Assembly: GCF_032062105.1 (NCBI RefSeq)
Contig: NW_026925998.1
Span: 806,001-870,000 of the forward strand
Length of the DNA: 64,000 bases
Source of the DNA: Saccostrea cucullata
Lineage: Eukaryota
Direction: 5' to 3'
A program made the position numbers and the translations under genes. The notes under the pieces were generated by a model. That model did no database searches, was not told the DNA's origin, and saw only the letters and a program-made list of their open reading frames with translations. This document shows, piece by piece, positions 1 through 15,000 of the stretch; the stretch's first letter is position 1, and the number at the start of each line of letters is the position of its first letter.

Positions 1-769
1 ATATACGCTGTCCTTCACAATATTTCTGATTTTTTCAAAACAAAATTCAAATGAAAAAATATCTGAAAGCAATTCAGAGTATTCTTAAAAGTTTTATGTA
101 GATTGTTTATCAAGTAAATACATTAAAAAGAATATTGAAAGAAGTACTAATCACGTGTTTATCAATTATTCAGAAAACAGATGGTCAATTAATTAAAATC
201 GAAAACACTTGTTCATTTAAAATAACTTGTTTTAGATTTTTAGTGCATACAGAAACGGAACTTTAATTTTATAATAATTTTTTTTATTTCGAAAAAAAGA
301 AATAATTTAAAATTTTAATGTTGCACATCATTCTGAATTTTATTTACTTCACCGATTTTTGCTTTCATATGGAGTGTCGAATGAAAAATCGAATATTGAA
401 ATGAGTGAAGCCTCTGTTCAATTGGTTTCAATTACTCGTGCAAGTTGAATACACTGACCTGTAACTTCATGAATAAAGATTACGAAAAACTCCTCCAGTT
501 TATTGCACAATGAAAATTAATTTATTATTGAATTTCACGATTAGAAAGTCATTTTACGCAGTATTATTCTTTCAGACATTGATTTCACAACCTCGGCAAG
601 GTTGCAAGTTGCATTCATAATGAACTACTAGTAATGTCAGTTTCTCAAACATTCGCTTTTTCGTTGTTTTGGACTGTTGAGCTCACCCGATCTAAAAATA
701 ACTACATGTTACATGTACATTTAAATTTGTACACATGAGTGGATTAAAACAATACAAATTTAAGAAACG

Positions 770-1035
770 GGGCATGGCAAACCTATGGCGAGGTGTTCGC
801 TTCGTGTTCGGGTTCGATTCTTGTTTGTCGCACCTTTCCAAACCTTAAGCGCATCTAGTAGTGACTGTTTCTCGCCAAGAACCCGGAATTAGGAGTGAAA
901 GTCACGAGTCTTTTAAATGGTATCCTTAAAACCGAGGTGTGCTGTCCACTGTTGGCGTTGGTACGACAAAGAATCCTCACTTTTGAATCGCCCTGAGTGC
1001 TTAGTATAAATCTTAATTTGATTCCCTTCACCAAT
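770..1035 (+). mobile_element. Degenerate tRNA-derived SINE (same family as 17943-18291)
   Basis: Box-B-like GGGTTCGATTC and a core CCTTAAAACCGAGGTGTGCTGTCCACTGTTGGCGTTGGTACGACAAAGAATCCTCAC matching the reverse complement of the other copies. Confidence 0.7.
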
Positions 1036-1095
1036 TACAATTGAGAACTTAGAATTCAATCTCATGTCATGCTATGAAAGGTGATGTAACCTTAC

Positions 1096-2884
1096 CAGAT
1101 ATTTCTGTGACTCTTGTTTCCATAGTAACCGCCTGCGCAATATATTTCGTTGTGGTGCACCACGCATGCGTGGTTCGCTCTTGGTGAGACAAGCGGTGGT
1201 GCCTCTGTCCATTCGTTCACTTCCGGGTCATACATTTCACAGGAAGACAGAACTTTGCCGTTGCTCTCCTCCCCACCTACATAATATAATTATTGTCAAT
1301 AAAATACGATATATTTAAAGTTAAATGTATTAGAACTATATAACTATTATTAAACATATAGAAATTTAGTGGCAGGTTTAATATTGAAATGTACGTTTGG
1401 TATTTTTAAGATGTATGATGTCGCCTTTTTATTTATTCATTCAACTAACATGATGTAGAAATGAGCAGTTCCGTAAAATAATAAAAAAGAACAACACTGT
1501 GAATTCCTGTTGTAACATTGACAAAGCTTTATCATCTACTCAATCAAAAACGATGTAAGAGCCCAATTACACCCGAGAGCATATAGACATTGTGTCGAAG
1601 CAATATTTTACAGAATACTCAACATTTTGTGAAAATCTATAATCCTTTGGGAATGACAAAACATAAGCCCATAAGCTTTCCCCAGGGAAGGATGGTGCTT
1701 CCAACACAGTTTATCGTACAACTAATTTTTCCAGTTTACAATTTTCGTGTTTTCCTACTGTGTCCTTGTTTTTATCTTAATCCATAAATTAATGACTTGG
1801 AACAAAAAATATAGAACAATGTATGACATTCTGCATACGGATACCATCCCAGGCTAAAACCTTTATGACTTTGTTATCGCTATAATAATAATGAACACAT
1901 TGATTGCATTTTATTTAGTTTCAGATACCTAGAACCAGGATTTTGCCATCCAATACAGCAGTAGCGAACTTGGCACGCGCGACTGGAAGAGGTTTAACGT
2001 CTTTCCATGTCCCGTCGTCTGGATCAAATCTAATAAAATGGTGAGTACAGTTCAGGAAATTTCTGTAGAAGTTTTTACTGTTCAAAACACTACGTTCAGA
2101 TGTTTTGTTTAATTAGATGTAAAGGGGGAAGATATCGAACTTTATTACATCAGGGTGATTACTTAAAGTAAATAATAAGGTACTTTTTTTTAAATAGTGA
2201 ATGATTAAATGATTATTTATGGTTAAAATATCCACTCATCAAGTTTCCATAGACTAAGGAAGCAGAAATATGACCGGTAAAGATAATTTTATCATTTCAT
2301 GATTGATTGGTTTTAATTTGAGAAAAATCAACTAAAATACATTTTTATATCTGAAACAAGATCAGTTCGTTTGGAAGAAATACAGTATAAAAATTAATAA
2401 AACATTGGTTTGCTGTTATGGTATCATTCAGGAATTAAATTGTAGCACAAGAAAAAAAAAAACCTGCTGACACTTAAGTAAAATTTATGGTTCAATCGAT
2501 AATCTAATAAAATGAAAAAAAAAGCTTGAAAGATAAGTGCACATAAAATCAGTCCTTAAATAGTCAAGCCAAAAATAACATAAATTTTGTAAATGAGCGA
2601 TTCATTAAGAGGAGTTTTATTTACCTGACAACTCTTTTCACGTGCTTGGCAGTGGCCACGTTAAACCCGCCAATAATGTACAGGAAGTTGTTGACGATGG
2701 CGACCCCAAAGTGACTGATGTCCTTGGTGGCCTTCCAGTGCTCGGTCTTGATCTGATAGGTCAGGACATCATTGTGGTCAGGAGTCAGGAGGATGTAGAA
2801 TGCCTCCCCGGACCCCGCCCTGTTAATGGTGTACAATCGGTGCTGGACAAACTGACCGGAAGAGGATCTTCTAGAGTTGCTCAT
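1096..2884 (-). CDS. Kelch-repeat (beta-propeller) protein, 5' part; exons 2884-2625, 2029-1929, 1276-1096; continues beyond the left edge
   Basis: Three GT-AG exons join in frame: MSNSRR...FGVAIVNNFLYIIGGFNVATAKHVKRVVR/FDPDDGTWKDVKPLPVARAKFATAVLDGKILVLG/GEESNGKVLSSCEMYDPEVNEWTEAPPLVSPRANHACVVHHNEIYCAGGYYGNKSHRNIW. Shows the kelch signature: hydrophobic run plus GG, then Y/F-D-P-x3-4-W, then P-x3-R. Confidence 0.93.
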
Positions 2885-3050
2885 TCTTCCATGTTGTCTA
2901 TAAAATTAGAAATAAACTTATAATTCTTGTTGCTTTGTTGTAGGCATAGAAAGATCTCTCTCCTAGAGTTGTTCATTCTTCCATGTTGTCCATAACGTTG
3001 GAAAAACTAATATAATTTTGGTTGCTTTGTTGTAAACATAGGAATATCTA
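2870..3050. repeat. Tandem duplication (~92 bp unit) of the kelch first-coding-exon boundary
   Basis: CTAGAGTTGCTCATTCTTCCATGTTGTCTATAA...GTTGCTTTGTTGTA is repeated as CTAGAGTTGTTCATTCTTCCATGTTGTCCATAA...GTTGCTTTGTTGTA. Confidence 0.85.
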
Positions 3051-5343
3051 TTTTCTTTTAATGTGTCAGGACAAGGCATAATGTGAAATGTATATATAGT
3101 GAAAGATAAAATCTAATCGCTGTCATTCTGTATGGAATTAGTATTCGTTTTTAGTAAATATTTGGCCTGAAACTAATGATTTGTTTAAATATCGAGAAGA
3201 ACAGTAAGGAACATGTTAAGGGAAAAAATAGTCAAACAACCTATAAATTCCTTAGTTCGTTTTGGGTATCGTTTTCACCTGATCTGGATCTGTTGACAAA
3301 ATGGATCTGTTGATAAAATATGCAACATAATTATGTTCAATCGATGTTTCTTTTATCTTTGATCACTATGAAAGAATTCAGCAAGATAGCTCCTTATTTA
3401 AATCCCACGTGCTTAGCAGCCGTGATTTACTTTTTTAAAATAGAGTGAGGGAATTGAAGAGAGATCAACGCCATTAAGAACTCAAAGCTTTTAAATTTAA
3501 TGATATTTTTATTGCACTAACAAGAAAATCTGCCGTTTTGAAGTTCATAGAAGTATGTCCAATTTTGAGCTCAATCTTTAAATGTGAATATTCTGCAGTA
3601 GAAAAATGCAAGGTGAAGATGTGAAAAAAATATCATAAGCTTGGTCCTCAAAGGAAAGTTGAGGATAAAATGACCGAATTTTGCTTTACCTTTCATAAAA
3701 GTGCTTTACATTTAAAATTTTAAACTTAAAAAATATATTTCTAAAGAAATAAATTTATTAAATATGGAAACGTTTTCTTAAGATTTTTTAAAGGTGGTCA
3801 GAACATAAAAGGTAATCTTAAAAGTATACAGTTTGGTTTTTAAGTTGTGTTTTCTATAAGACTATTTCAAAATTAAGTTTTCATTTTGTTTTCCTTCGTT
3901 GAAATGAAACAAGAATCTTTTTTAGAATAAAAGCCCATAAATGTCTTACCTTTAAATATCAGCTGTATTTATCTATTCATGGCAAAAACCTTAATATACA
4001 GCGGTCAAACTAAATTATTTATCCAATTCTGACACGGTGTATTTGTAAACTCTAAATTACTTTCACTAACAACGTCTTCCCAAAACTGCATGGCAATCAT
4101 CGGTTCAGTGGTCGAGGCCGGTACCAGCTATCTAAGCTTATCGTTTTTAACCGTTAAACAAATTATCTTTTAAATGTATTTATTGTTCCAGGTCGTAACT
4201 CGGTGTAAGAGCAATTTTAAAAATTAGAATTTCCTGCATTGTAGAATTTAAAATAGAAACTCAGATAGATTAAATATAAAGTAGCAAGGTAAATATAGGA
4301 TCAGAATTTAATTCAAAGCGATATCTCTTATTCAAACATCAAAACTGTTAAGACCAAATAAAATCACAATGGCCATTTTGATTAAGTGGGCATTTTAGTT
4401 AAAACTATCAGAAACACTTACAGAATGGTGATTTAACAAAGAGATGTTCATGTTTGTTCAGTTTAGGAGTTTGTATTTTGAAGAATTAAAAAGAAGACAC
4501 TTAGAAAGATCCTGCCTCTTATCTAAAACCTTCTATATATGTTTCAAAAGTATGTGAACGTATATCAGATGGGTCAAATTATTGAAATGGCGAAAAGAAA
4601 CAGTTTAAAATATGCAGGAAAACAGTATCAGCAACCAGAGTATTTATTTCATTTGTACATAATTCCGTAATGCATCCCCACTTTGTCCACCTTACACTAT
4701 ACTTTTTTCCGTCAGCATGTGATGGGATAATATCCTATACTAAGTCATGTCCAGACTTTTTGAACAGTCAATATATGCTAGTCTTTTCTTGTTAACTTTT
4801 ACTAAAATATTTCCTGGAGGTGACTATTTTACTCACCATTTCGAAGTAAATGAAATGTCAAAGTAAAAACAAAGAAAAAACACCACACAAGATGATATGT
4901 ACAGTATACTACACCTAAACTTTGTTATTTTATGCTAAATAATATTTGAACATTGCTTCGAACTGGTGATTTTGTTAATGCATTGTATGGCATACTTTGA
5001 AACACTGAGTATCTGTACGGATATCTTCAGATTTGCATATTATATTAGGAATGATACTCTAGCAATATATGTACTCGATGAAACCTTTAGTATATTTGAT
5101 AATTCAAAAATGACTGTCTTTTAAATGCTCTAGATCGCCTGGACAGAACATACCCTATTAAGATATTATCATTGATAAGATCAGATTACACCCAATAAAC
5201 GTAGCATTAAAGGTATGACAGTTGTTTGTGATATTTAGTAAACTAATGCAGGGCTGGGGATGCTGCAAGATCATTGATGTTTGATTTGATTTTATTAAAA
5301 GCTTTAAAACACCAAGTATTGGAAGTCACTTGAATTTCATTTC

Positions 5344-5345
<2 letters not shown>

Positions 5346-5413
<68 letters not shown>
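5346..5413. repeat. (GA)n microsatellite
   Basis: Perfect AG dinucleotide run. Confidence 0.98.
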
Positions 5414-5415
<2 letters not shown>

Positions 5416-6051
5416 TGAGGGGAATATAATAAAATCTATAAGACAAACTCTGATGATGAAAAAAAAACTTATTCAGTTAGTGAATGTCTGATATGAGCCT
5501 TTTTGAAAATCCCAGGTGATATAAATGTACTTTAGTTTTAAACGGAATGAATGCCAACATGGAGACAATGATAGCCTTACCTTAAATGTCTGTTGTCTTC
5601 AAATCCATATCTATCTCCATAACCCCTTAACTTTATATTGGATTATCTCCTGTAAAATAAAACGGATGTCCTCCACATTATTGATGTTTACTCTAAACAT
5701 TTTGCTCTTATTGATAAAACCTTTCCAAACAGACAGTGCTTATACGTAACGCAGTAACTCTTGTTATTTAAAGGGAGATTCCTATGCTACAATGAATTGG
5801 GGCTATATAAATTACAAAATTCAGCTGTGGCGATACTTTATTTTGTAATTGAATATGTAATATACCAAACCCATGAAACCAATAAAAACTTGGATGGTCT
5901 TATTGACATTACGTGTAGAATTTAAATCACCTAATGAAATGGATTTGATGTGAAAGATTTTTTGTATTACCCATCAAAAAGATCAAATAACACTGATTAA
6001 TCGAAAAATTTATTTCGTTTCAGTATTGAAATCTCTGGTGTATGATTCACA

Positions 6052-9000
6052 ATGGCAGTGGTTTCGGATAGGAAAACTGTTAGAAAACTGATATCTGTAA
6101 ACTCAAATGAAAATTTGATTCCGGTCGCTGAGAAGAAAATATCCAAAGATCCAGGAAGACTGCCAGAAAATGACCCTCAAAATCAACCACCCACCCAGAT
6201 AAACACCACAACCCAAAAGAATTCCCTTTCTAATGTAGGGCGACCCTGCTCGGGTTCCTCCATTTTGAAGCGCTCTGCTCGACCTTCATCGGGCCATTCA
6301 GTAAAGTTTGTAGGAAAAGAGACTATAATTTCACTTGAAAATGCAACAGGTTCACCTGTTAGCGGAACTTCTCTTTCAAATTCAGATTTCAAAAAGATAT
6401 CATTAGAGACTATTACTCAACAAGAACCTCTTGAATTACATAATCATTTATCTCAAGAAGCCGTTATTCCACTTGAGAGCAGAATCTCTACTCCTTCTAC
6501 ACCAGCAGTCCCTGCTGCATGTGAAACAATGGAAAATAATGGCATGTCTTGTGGAACGAAAGCTAATGAAAATGAATTAAAACTTAACTACAATGAAACT
6601 GACATCAAAGAAGTAAACATAAAACAAGATAATGATCGCCATGTAGACTTTTCAAATGAGAACGACGGACTAGACGCAGAGGAAATTGGAAATCAACAAA
6701 TATTAAAACATGAAGAGGGGGAGGAAATTCACAAAGACACAAAAACTAAAGAATTGTCAAGTGAAAATACTAATGATTTACCGGGTGCATCAGGTCGTTC
6801 AAGCATTCATGATTCTGATCAGGCTAAGAAGCATCACCCACAGAGGGAAAGTTCCTATAACCAGAAAAGAATTATATATAATACCGAAATATGTCCAACC
6901 AGTGGCGATATGCTAAGGGAGGGGTGCTACAAAACAAAGGGGAGTGAATTTGAAAAACAACATTATAGACATAAAAATGTTAAACATATAATGTCAGAGA
7001 AAAATGCCCATGAAAATGGAAAAGATCAATTTGATGAGATGGAATTGGATGATGGAATCGGTGGGGAGATTGAAAGAGAAATAGTACAAACAAAAATGAA
7101 TTCAAGAAATATATCGGCACAGAAGAAGAAAAAGCTGTGCGAACTGTATGAGGAACTCAAGAGAGTTCGCGATGCTATCGCACACATGTATTCTTTTGAA
7201 GAGGAAGAAAAAGACATTAGCCCACTCGTAACAGAAAACGCAGTTGATGAAAATGAGGAGGAAGAGAGTCAGAAGAACATTACCGTTTGTCCAGGGGAAT
7301 CAAAGGGCTCCGAAAAGTCAGATATAGAAAAAGAGAATTCTGACATTGAGAGTGACTTGAATTGTGATACAAGATCACAAGGAACTCATGACAATGAAGA
7401 GAGTTATGAGAAAAGTATGATCGAAGGAAGTGAAGATTATCTAGATATGAGGCAATCGTCTGAAAAAGCTGATGATGAAGAAACAGAGATGAGAGAAAAC
7501 TGTACTAATATTGAAAGAGAATCAAAAACCCAACTTGATATGCAAAAGGACGAAAACAGTGGTAACGAGAAAGAAAATAATAAATTGTGTGAAAAGGAAC
7601 AAAAAGACATAGTCAAAAATGAAGTGGAAAAAGTTCTTTTAGAAGAGAGCAGGTCCCCAGAAAACGATGTAGAGAACTCAAAAAGTGAACTCATTGAAAA
7701 GGATTCAGCCTGTAGCAATAATGCTGAAGAGTTAGTGAGAGACTGTGAAGAAGAAACTAAAACAGACAGCACGGATGAGATTCAAGAAACAAACACTACC
7801 ACTGAAAAACATTTAAAAAGTACAATGGAGGCAAAAACTGACAAAGGTCATGATGGAAAAGCAAAAAATCAGATCAAAATGAAAAGTAAATCTCATTCAA
7901 CTGACAAAAAGATCCACGAGAAAAAGAATGAAACGCACAAAACGAACGGAAAGCAAAATCAAAAAACTTCTCATTCGGAGGAATCTCGAAAGGGAAAAGA
8001 TCTCAAGTCAAAATGTCACACTAAATGTAAAGAAACCAAGAAGTCTGAGGTTAAAACTAAAAGCATGACAACTCATGACAAATCGTTAGATAGGACAGAA
8101 GAGATGCATGGAAAAGACGGCTCTTGTTTATCATCAAACGATGAAAATGAATCAAGAATGAATGTAGACGTTGAAAATAATGTTACACAGATTGACAAAA
8201 ACATTTGCAGTGTAAAGGATAATGTTGAGAAACATATAACACGAGAAGACGATAAATATAGGAAAGATAATGTAATAAATAATGAATATAATAAAGATGA
8301 GCAATTAACCAATTGTGACACGATTAACAGAACAACTGCTCTGACGGAAACAAATCTAACTGGAGAAAAGTTCAATCGAGATAGTTCAGTGAAAAAGATT
8401 TCCATGTCAGAACCCAATATCGTAGACAAAAAGTCAAAAAGTTCATGTCAACTGACAAGCACATCAACTGCTGCTGGTCAAAAAGCAATAGAGAAGGAAA
8501 AATCTCTTCAGGAAACGAAAGACCAAAATATTTCATCCTCTTTTGAAGACTATAGACATCTTGCTTCCGAAGTGAATTTAGACTTTGTCATTGATGTAAA
8601 TTACCCAGCTGAAAATAATCGAAAAGGTGCTGATGATAGCGACAGAGCGATGAGAGAAAGCTTTTCAGATTCAGCTCTAATGATGTCACCGATGAAAGAT
8701 AGGGATGATGATTATTTTGATTATGACGATGATATCTCTGACAACGATAGTTTCACAGGTAATATATTATTTGAAACATAAAATATATCGAACTAACGTA
8801 GATGAAAATATTCCAAGTAAAATGTACAGAAGAAATAAACATTAAATTGAACAATTCTGTTTGAAATTTGATTCCTCTTTATAGTATAATTTTGATAAAT
8901 TTAGACATTCCTAAAGTTGCGGACGAAAAGAAAAGCAAAGAAGCAACAAATGTAGCCAATAAAATTATAAAGGATATTTTGTGCAACATCAGTGACATGC

Positions 9001-12000
9001 AAGAGAACAGGCAGTTCAAAAAAGAGTAGGTTTCTTTTCAAGACACCATCAGATGATTAGCTTTAGAAATTTGAAAGGATTTTATTTTAAAATATATATA
9101 TTTTTTAGTTTCTAATCTTGTATCATCTCATTTTATAAAGGTTTAAAACAATGACAACAGAGCAAGAAGAGATGTCTTGTATAATAATTTCAGACCCGGA
9201 TGACACGTTCAATGTTGACCTGATTAAAGATATGAACTGTTCAAACATCGATCCACTTATTGTACCTTCTTTAGTTGGAGAGTATGAACTTTTAGTCAGC
9301 AGCGTGACTCAACTATCTACCTCAATCAACAACGACCTTTGGGTAAACGGCATTTGAATATGTAGTCGGAAACCGACTAAATTTCTATTCCAATTAAGAG
9401 TCCAGTATTATTGCATCTACTATGAAACTATTTTATATTCAACGATTATCTGTTTGGTTTACAGAAAATAAAATTGAAAGTTCGAATTCCATTCATGAAA
9501 TCTGAAATGAAATATTTTCATCGTCCTGTCTTGCGATGGCTGTCTTCAGAGAGAAAGTGGATTGAAATTCCTTCTGTTGAATACTTGTACGAGGACGAGG
9601 ATGGTTGTGTAAGAAACACTGTAATAGTAGATATTTAGAGAGTTTAAAGTCAAAAATGTATTAATATTCAATCATTTATTTATTTTTGAAATAGATTTTA
9701 CCAATATTGGAGGCTGAGGTAAAACAATTAGGAATCTTTGCCATAGTTGCTACAACTATTAAAGAGCATTTTGTGTTTGGTCACAATGTGCACGAAGTAT
9801 CCTCCGCTGTGGACAGAGAAACGACTCTTGCAGGAACATACTGTCCTCGGTTCTATAAAACAGAAACAGAAGCTGATCTAGTGGTACAAAATATGCACAT
9901 ATTATATTGCAAAATTAATTTGATTTTTTAGCAAATAAGATTTATATCGGTTATCTCTCGGCATACTTCTCGTTGATTATTTGTCATTTTTTTTCTGTAG
10001 GTTATTCCAATCGAGAGATCTGTGATCGATGATTCTAAAACCCCAGACATAGAGGATTCATCGTTACTTGTCTCGTCAAGCGCTCTAGTTGTTGTGGAAC
10101 TTCTAAATGATCCTCCTCAACCTCTGACGCTTTACATTCTTTGCAGCAAACCCAAATCGAGGCCATGGACGGCTTCGATGACATCAAGGATCGGTACATC
10201 TGAATCGGGATATTTATCAGGTTCACGTATTGTTTCCAGAGCAAAGTCAAGGGAATCGATCAACCATTTTTTAGGTTAGCGACATTTTTTCTTGTACATA
10301 CTTTGTATTTTCATGTGTTTTTTGAAATAATTTAATCAAAAATTATAAAAATTAAAAGCTATGTTTAATAAAGTGTCAGTGAAGTAAAATTTGTTTTAAT
10401 GAAGATATAATTTGACTATATATATGATCATTTACAATGCTATGTAAGAGCTTAAGAATTATGTATCTCCTATTTTAATTATGTCTGTAGAATGTTGGTA
10501 CGATTCAGACAACTACCTTGTACGGATGACAGGCGGGTGTCTAGGTGTTAAGAGTATGCTTCTTCAAAAGAAAGATCTTACTAAGGACGATAAAATCCAA
10601 GTTACACTTCACGAAAAGCACAACATGTAGGTACTTTTTTTATACCGACTTTTAATGTAATTGAAGATATATGTAGAGAATTGGTTATAGAGCATGAGTT
10701 CAGTTTCAAATTTCTTTAAAGGAGACTTCGAGTAATAAAAAAAGCATGTATGGCCAGACTACTTCTTTTATCGTCTGCATAACTGTAATTTTTGTTTGGC
10801 ATTCTTTTAAATTTACTGTGCTGTTAAATCTCATTTTTGCACATGTAATTCTCTTCATATGACAACACAAGATATACATTTTTAAAATTCTATTTTAGGT
10901 ACCTAATTGTTGAAATGAAAAAAGAAGCAAGACGTCCAGATGTAAATAGCGTTGTTGTTAACCTTATAAAGACACTCAAAGAGCATAGGATTTATGTTTG
11001 CGTTGCTCAAAGACGAGACGACCCCAGACATATCAGAGTGTCCTGTGATCTGAAAACAAAGGTCACTACGCGGATGATCAATCGACTAGAAAAAGACCAC
11101 AACATCAGAAGGACCCTTATTCATGCAAAGGAAGGTGATGTCATCAGTTTAGGTTTGCGTGGCAACATTACAACCATTCCTAAAAGAAAAAGAATTTTTA
11201 GATTTTACGCCATGAATGGGTTTGTTGCTGACTGGGAAATCCAGGTCGTGTATCCATATTGTCAACGGTCTTTGAGGGAGTATTGTGGATTTGTTCAAGT
11301 TTCAGTTTGCACAAGCGACAGCTTCGAAGATGATCCAATATCCGGGTATGAGGAGTACGTCAAATGGAAACTGTTGACTGAGATCCCTGTTACATTACCA
11401 AAAGATAGTTCCTTGTATAGCTGTGAAAAAACATTAAAAGCAAGGCTGTGTCTAACTTACAAAGGTAAATGTAAAATTGAACGTTTAGAATTAAGCATTC
11501 CTAAATGCGAAAGTAAAATTATAAATCAGAAAACATGTACATTTACATACGACAGCTTTTAGGCAAAAGGCCAATTTCATTCATAAAAATATTTAAGCAA
11601 GTTGTTTTTATTCTTTAATAGTTAACCCACTGCATGGGTTAAGCAAAATGGCATGCTCCAAATAAACTTTGCAAATGCTTGTATTTATTTCTCTCTTTAA
11701 CAAACATATAATAAATGAAAAAAATGTCTTTTTTCTATTAAAGGCCCAATTACCATAGAGTTTCTCCGTTCACTTGCTAGACTTATCGGTAAAGAATGGT
11801 ACATCTTAGCCAGAGGTCTCCACCTTGAGCACGTGAGGATACAGTCCATTGCACAACAAAATAAGAGATGTTCTTTAGAAAGCCTTGTGTACGATATATT
11901 GCTTGCCTGGTTAAAAAGATCCCGCCACTGTAGCGATAAGGTATGTGAACATAGATGAAAATAAATTGTAATCAGTACCTATAATTACAAATTTAAAAAT

Positions 12001-15000
12001 CAAAGGAAAAAAATTCTAATTAAAGTAGGAATGTAAATTAAATACAGTTAATTCAAAGAATGAAACTACACCATCCAGTCAACTGAGTGGTTATTGAAAG
12101 GTTCGGAAAGATGGCTTTTAATTACCTCTCAGTCACTTTTCATGGAACGTTGGGTTACCTTTCAATTAACTGAGTGGCTGTGTCTTATTATGATATTGAT
12201 GAACTATAAATGTAAATCATTTTGTCTCATTGAAGAGGACAATCATAGATTCGTTCTTTACATGTAGAAGGTTTTTAAAAGTAATTTCTGGTTTATATCA
12301 ATACAAAAGTAAGTCTGCTTATAGTGGATCACAATGATTACTAATGGTATTTCCAAAAAAGATTATTGGATTCACCTGTAATATACCGTTAAAAAGGTCT
12401 TTGATTACAGTTGCAATGATTAATCTGACATGAATTGGATTTATACAAACTGACAATAAGAAAGGATGTATTCACTTTAACAAAAGAATTGACCTATCGG
12501 AGAGAACAATTTCCCGGAAAAAGTGACATTCAAAAAACAATCTTTATTTGTTGTTTTCTACCGTATATATGTCTAAATTTTTCAAATTTGTATTTTTTAC
12601 CTAAAATTTATTACTTACAACTTTACAGTAAACCTCCAAAGTTGATCGAAACACCATTTTAGCTCAGCTGATATATGCTCTGACTTTTACACCTTGTTTA
12701 CTCTCTTTTTAAAGTCGGGGGTTCGAATCCACCAGGTACAACACTTTTAAAATTTTAAATTTCGCCTTTTCAAAGACTATTTTAATTTTTTTTATAGACT
12801 TGTGTAATTTTCCTTCAATTATCTATCCCTTTATGCACGCCCATTCTTGATATAAGAAACATTAAAGAGATATCAAATCGTAACAATCCAGTGTACAGTT
12901 GTCAGTCAGGTGGAACGAACCTCAGTATAAGCACACTTTCTCCGAGGACAAGAATAACTCACTATGTGTTACTCAATACAGGTATTCTTGGCAGCATTGA
13001 GCTGCGATGAATTTCAATTGTATATATTCCTTAGAATTTAATCACATTGATTTTGGCTACATATTTCAGTAAATGCACTCCCTTGGATTTCATTTAGACG
13101 TATATAATTTGCACACATTGATGACAATTTTTTTTTTATTATATCCACGGATAAATAGCCTAGACATAAAGAATAGAATTTCAGAGACAGTAGACATTAC
13201 CTTTATGCACAATGAGACGTAAAGACAAATATTAATTATTACATTTGGAGATAACAAATTCAGAAAATCAATGAAAGGGTTCCTCATACCTCTACTCACT
13301 GAAATAAAGATTCAGGAAAAACAAATTTTTATATGTATTCAGCCTAGTGTCATTAATCGGAACGGAAATCGACAAGCTTTTTGTAGAGAAAAAACCAAGC
13401 CCGGTCCTGTAGGTCAGATCCCTATTTATATAATGAAGTTATCCTTTTTCTCCATCAATACGTCACACAATTTTTTTTCCAAATGTTGGAGTTGTAATTT
13501 GTACACAGGAAATTGATTTTTTTACAGCAAGTGTCAATTGAATACAAAAAGATAAAAATCATAATTTTAACCCCTGAACACCTGTAATGAAGATAAATTT
13601 TAAGGAGTCATTGATCAAAAAGATATATTTGATTATATCAATAAATTGTCTTTCTTAATTTGTCTTTTATTGATTATGACATTGCATTTCAAGGCTGTGA
13701 ATCTGGCGTCCGCTTTGAAGAAGAGTGGGCGGATTGATCTCGCCAAAGAAATCAGTGACATGGATAGGTCATTCAAGCGTGACTATTACAAAACTATAAA
13801 CGGTAAATACAACAATTCTTTAAATTAATAATTTATACTAAATTGTATTTTATTTTATTTTTCCTAAGAACAGTAAAAACACGACACCTAAAACATAATA
13901 TAAATGTATTATTTATTTTATGAAATAAACTCTTATTTACATTATTTCTGGAAATTTATCATTTTGTAAATATTAATGCTAAACTCACAGAGAGACGACT
14001 AGACAAGGCCATACATCTTGCCAGCAAAAGCCATGCTGTGATCAAGTCATGGAAACACGTTGGTTCCTTCCTTCAGTTGAGGGAGGAAGATATTGTAGAA
14101 ATAGATGCCACGGAATCCAACGAATTTCAGAAATGCGAGAGAATGCTAAACATGTGGAGAAGTCGAAATCAATCTCACCAAGGGCCCCAAATGCTGATTG
14201 TACTACTGAAGAAGGCTGGTTACTGCTATGTGGCAGGTATGGTTTTAAATTTAAGGATACATATATTGCATTTTAATTTTTTCTTGAAAATAGAACTGAC
14301 TTTAATACAGAAATGGAAAATTTCTTCAAAGGTTAGAGAGAGAGAGAGCTTAAAGGTTTTAAGGAAGAAATTTATCCTGGTTTGAAAAATGCCGAATATG
14401 TTCTTTAAACAATGTAGCTATTTTAGAAAGTATATACTTTGTGATTTTGCAATCTATAACAATAAATTTTATATGCAAGCTCTGCAAGCTCTATGATAAA
14501 TGTAATAACTTCCACTTTTAAATCGTCAACTTGCCTTACTTATGTAGCAATATACCCTTTTATCACCTGCATACAGCGTTTATATCTCTCAGTTGATTCA
14601 TTACGCGAGAGTATGTTCTACGTATGAACAATTTCTAAAACGAGGTAATCCATTGACAAACAATTTGGTAAAACAAGAATATCAGCCGTCTCGTTTAAAA
14701 ACACAATTTTGTAAGTTCTTTGGTCGATACAATGACCTTGTCAACAAATACAATTTATTATTGCGTCAAATGCTGATTGACGTTTTTCATAGAAATTTGT
14801 TAGTCCATTATTTACATGCTGAATTGACGACCGACTTTTCCGTTATTTCCCGATCATGACAATTTAAGGAGCACACGGTGCGTGTGACAGGTTGGCAGGG
14901 GATGCTTACTCCTCCATGGCCCCTGATGTTTGGAGTTCCTTATTTGCTCGGCTCCTTCTTTGTATTGTTTATTGGACTTTTGAGGTTAAAAATTTTTCGT

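Noticed and set aside
5243-5446. ORF with SLSLSL run
   Set aside because: Translation of the (GA)n microsatellite.
6183-8429. Several antisense and alternate-frame ORFs of 63-118 aa
   Set aside because: Shadows of the purine-rich giant exon; no independent coding features.
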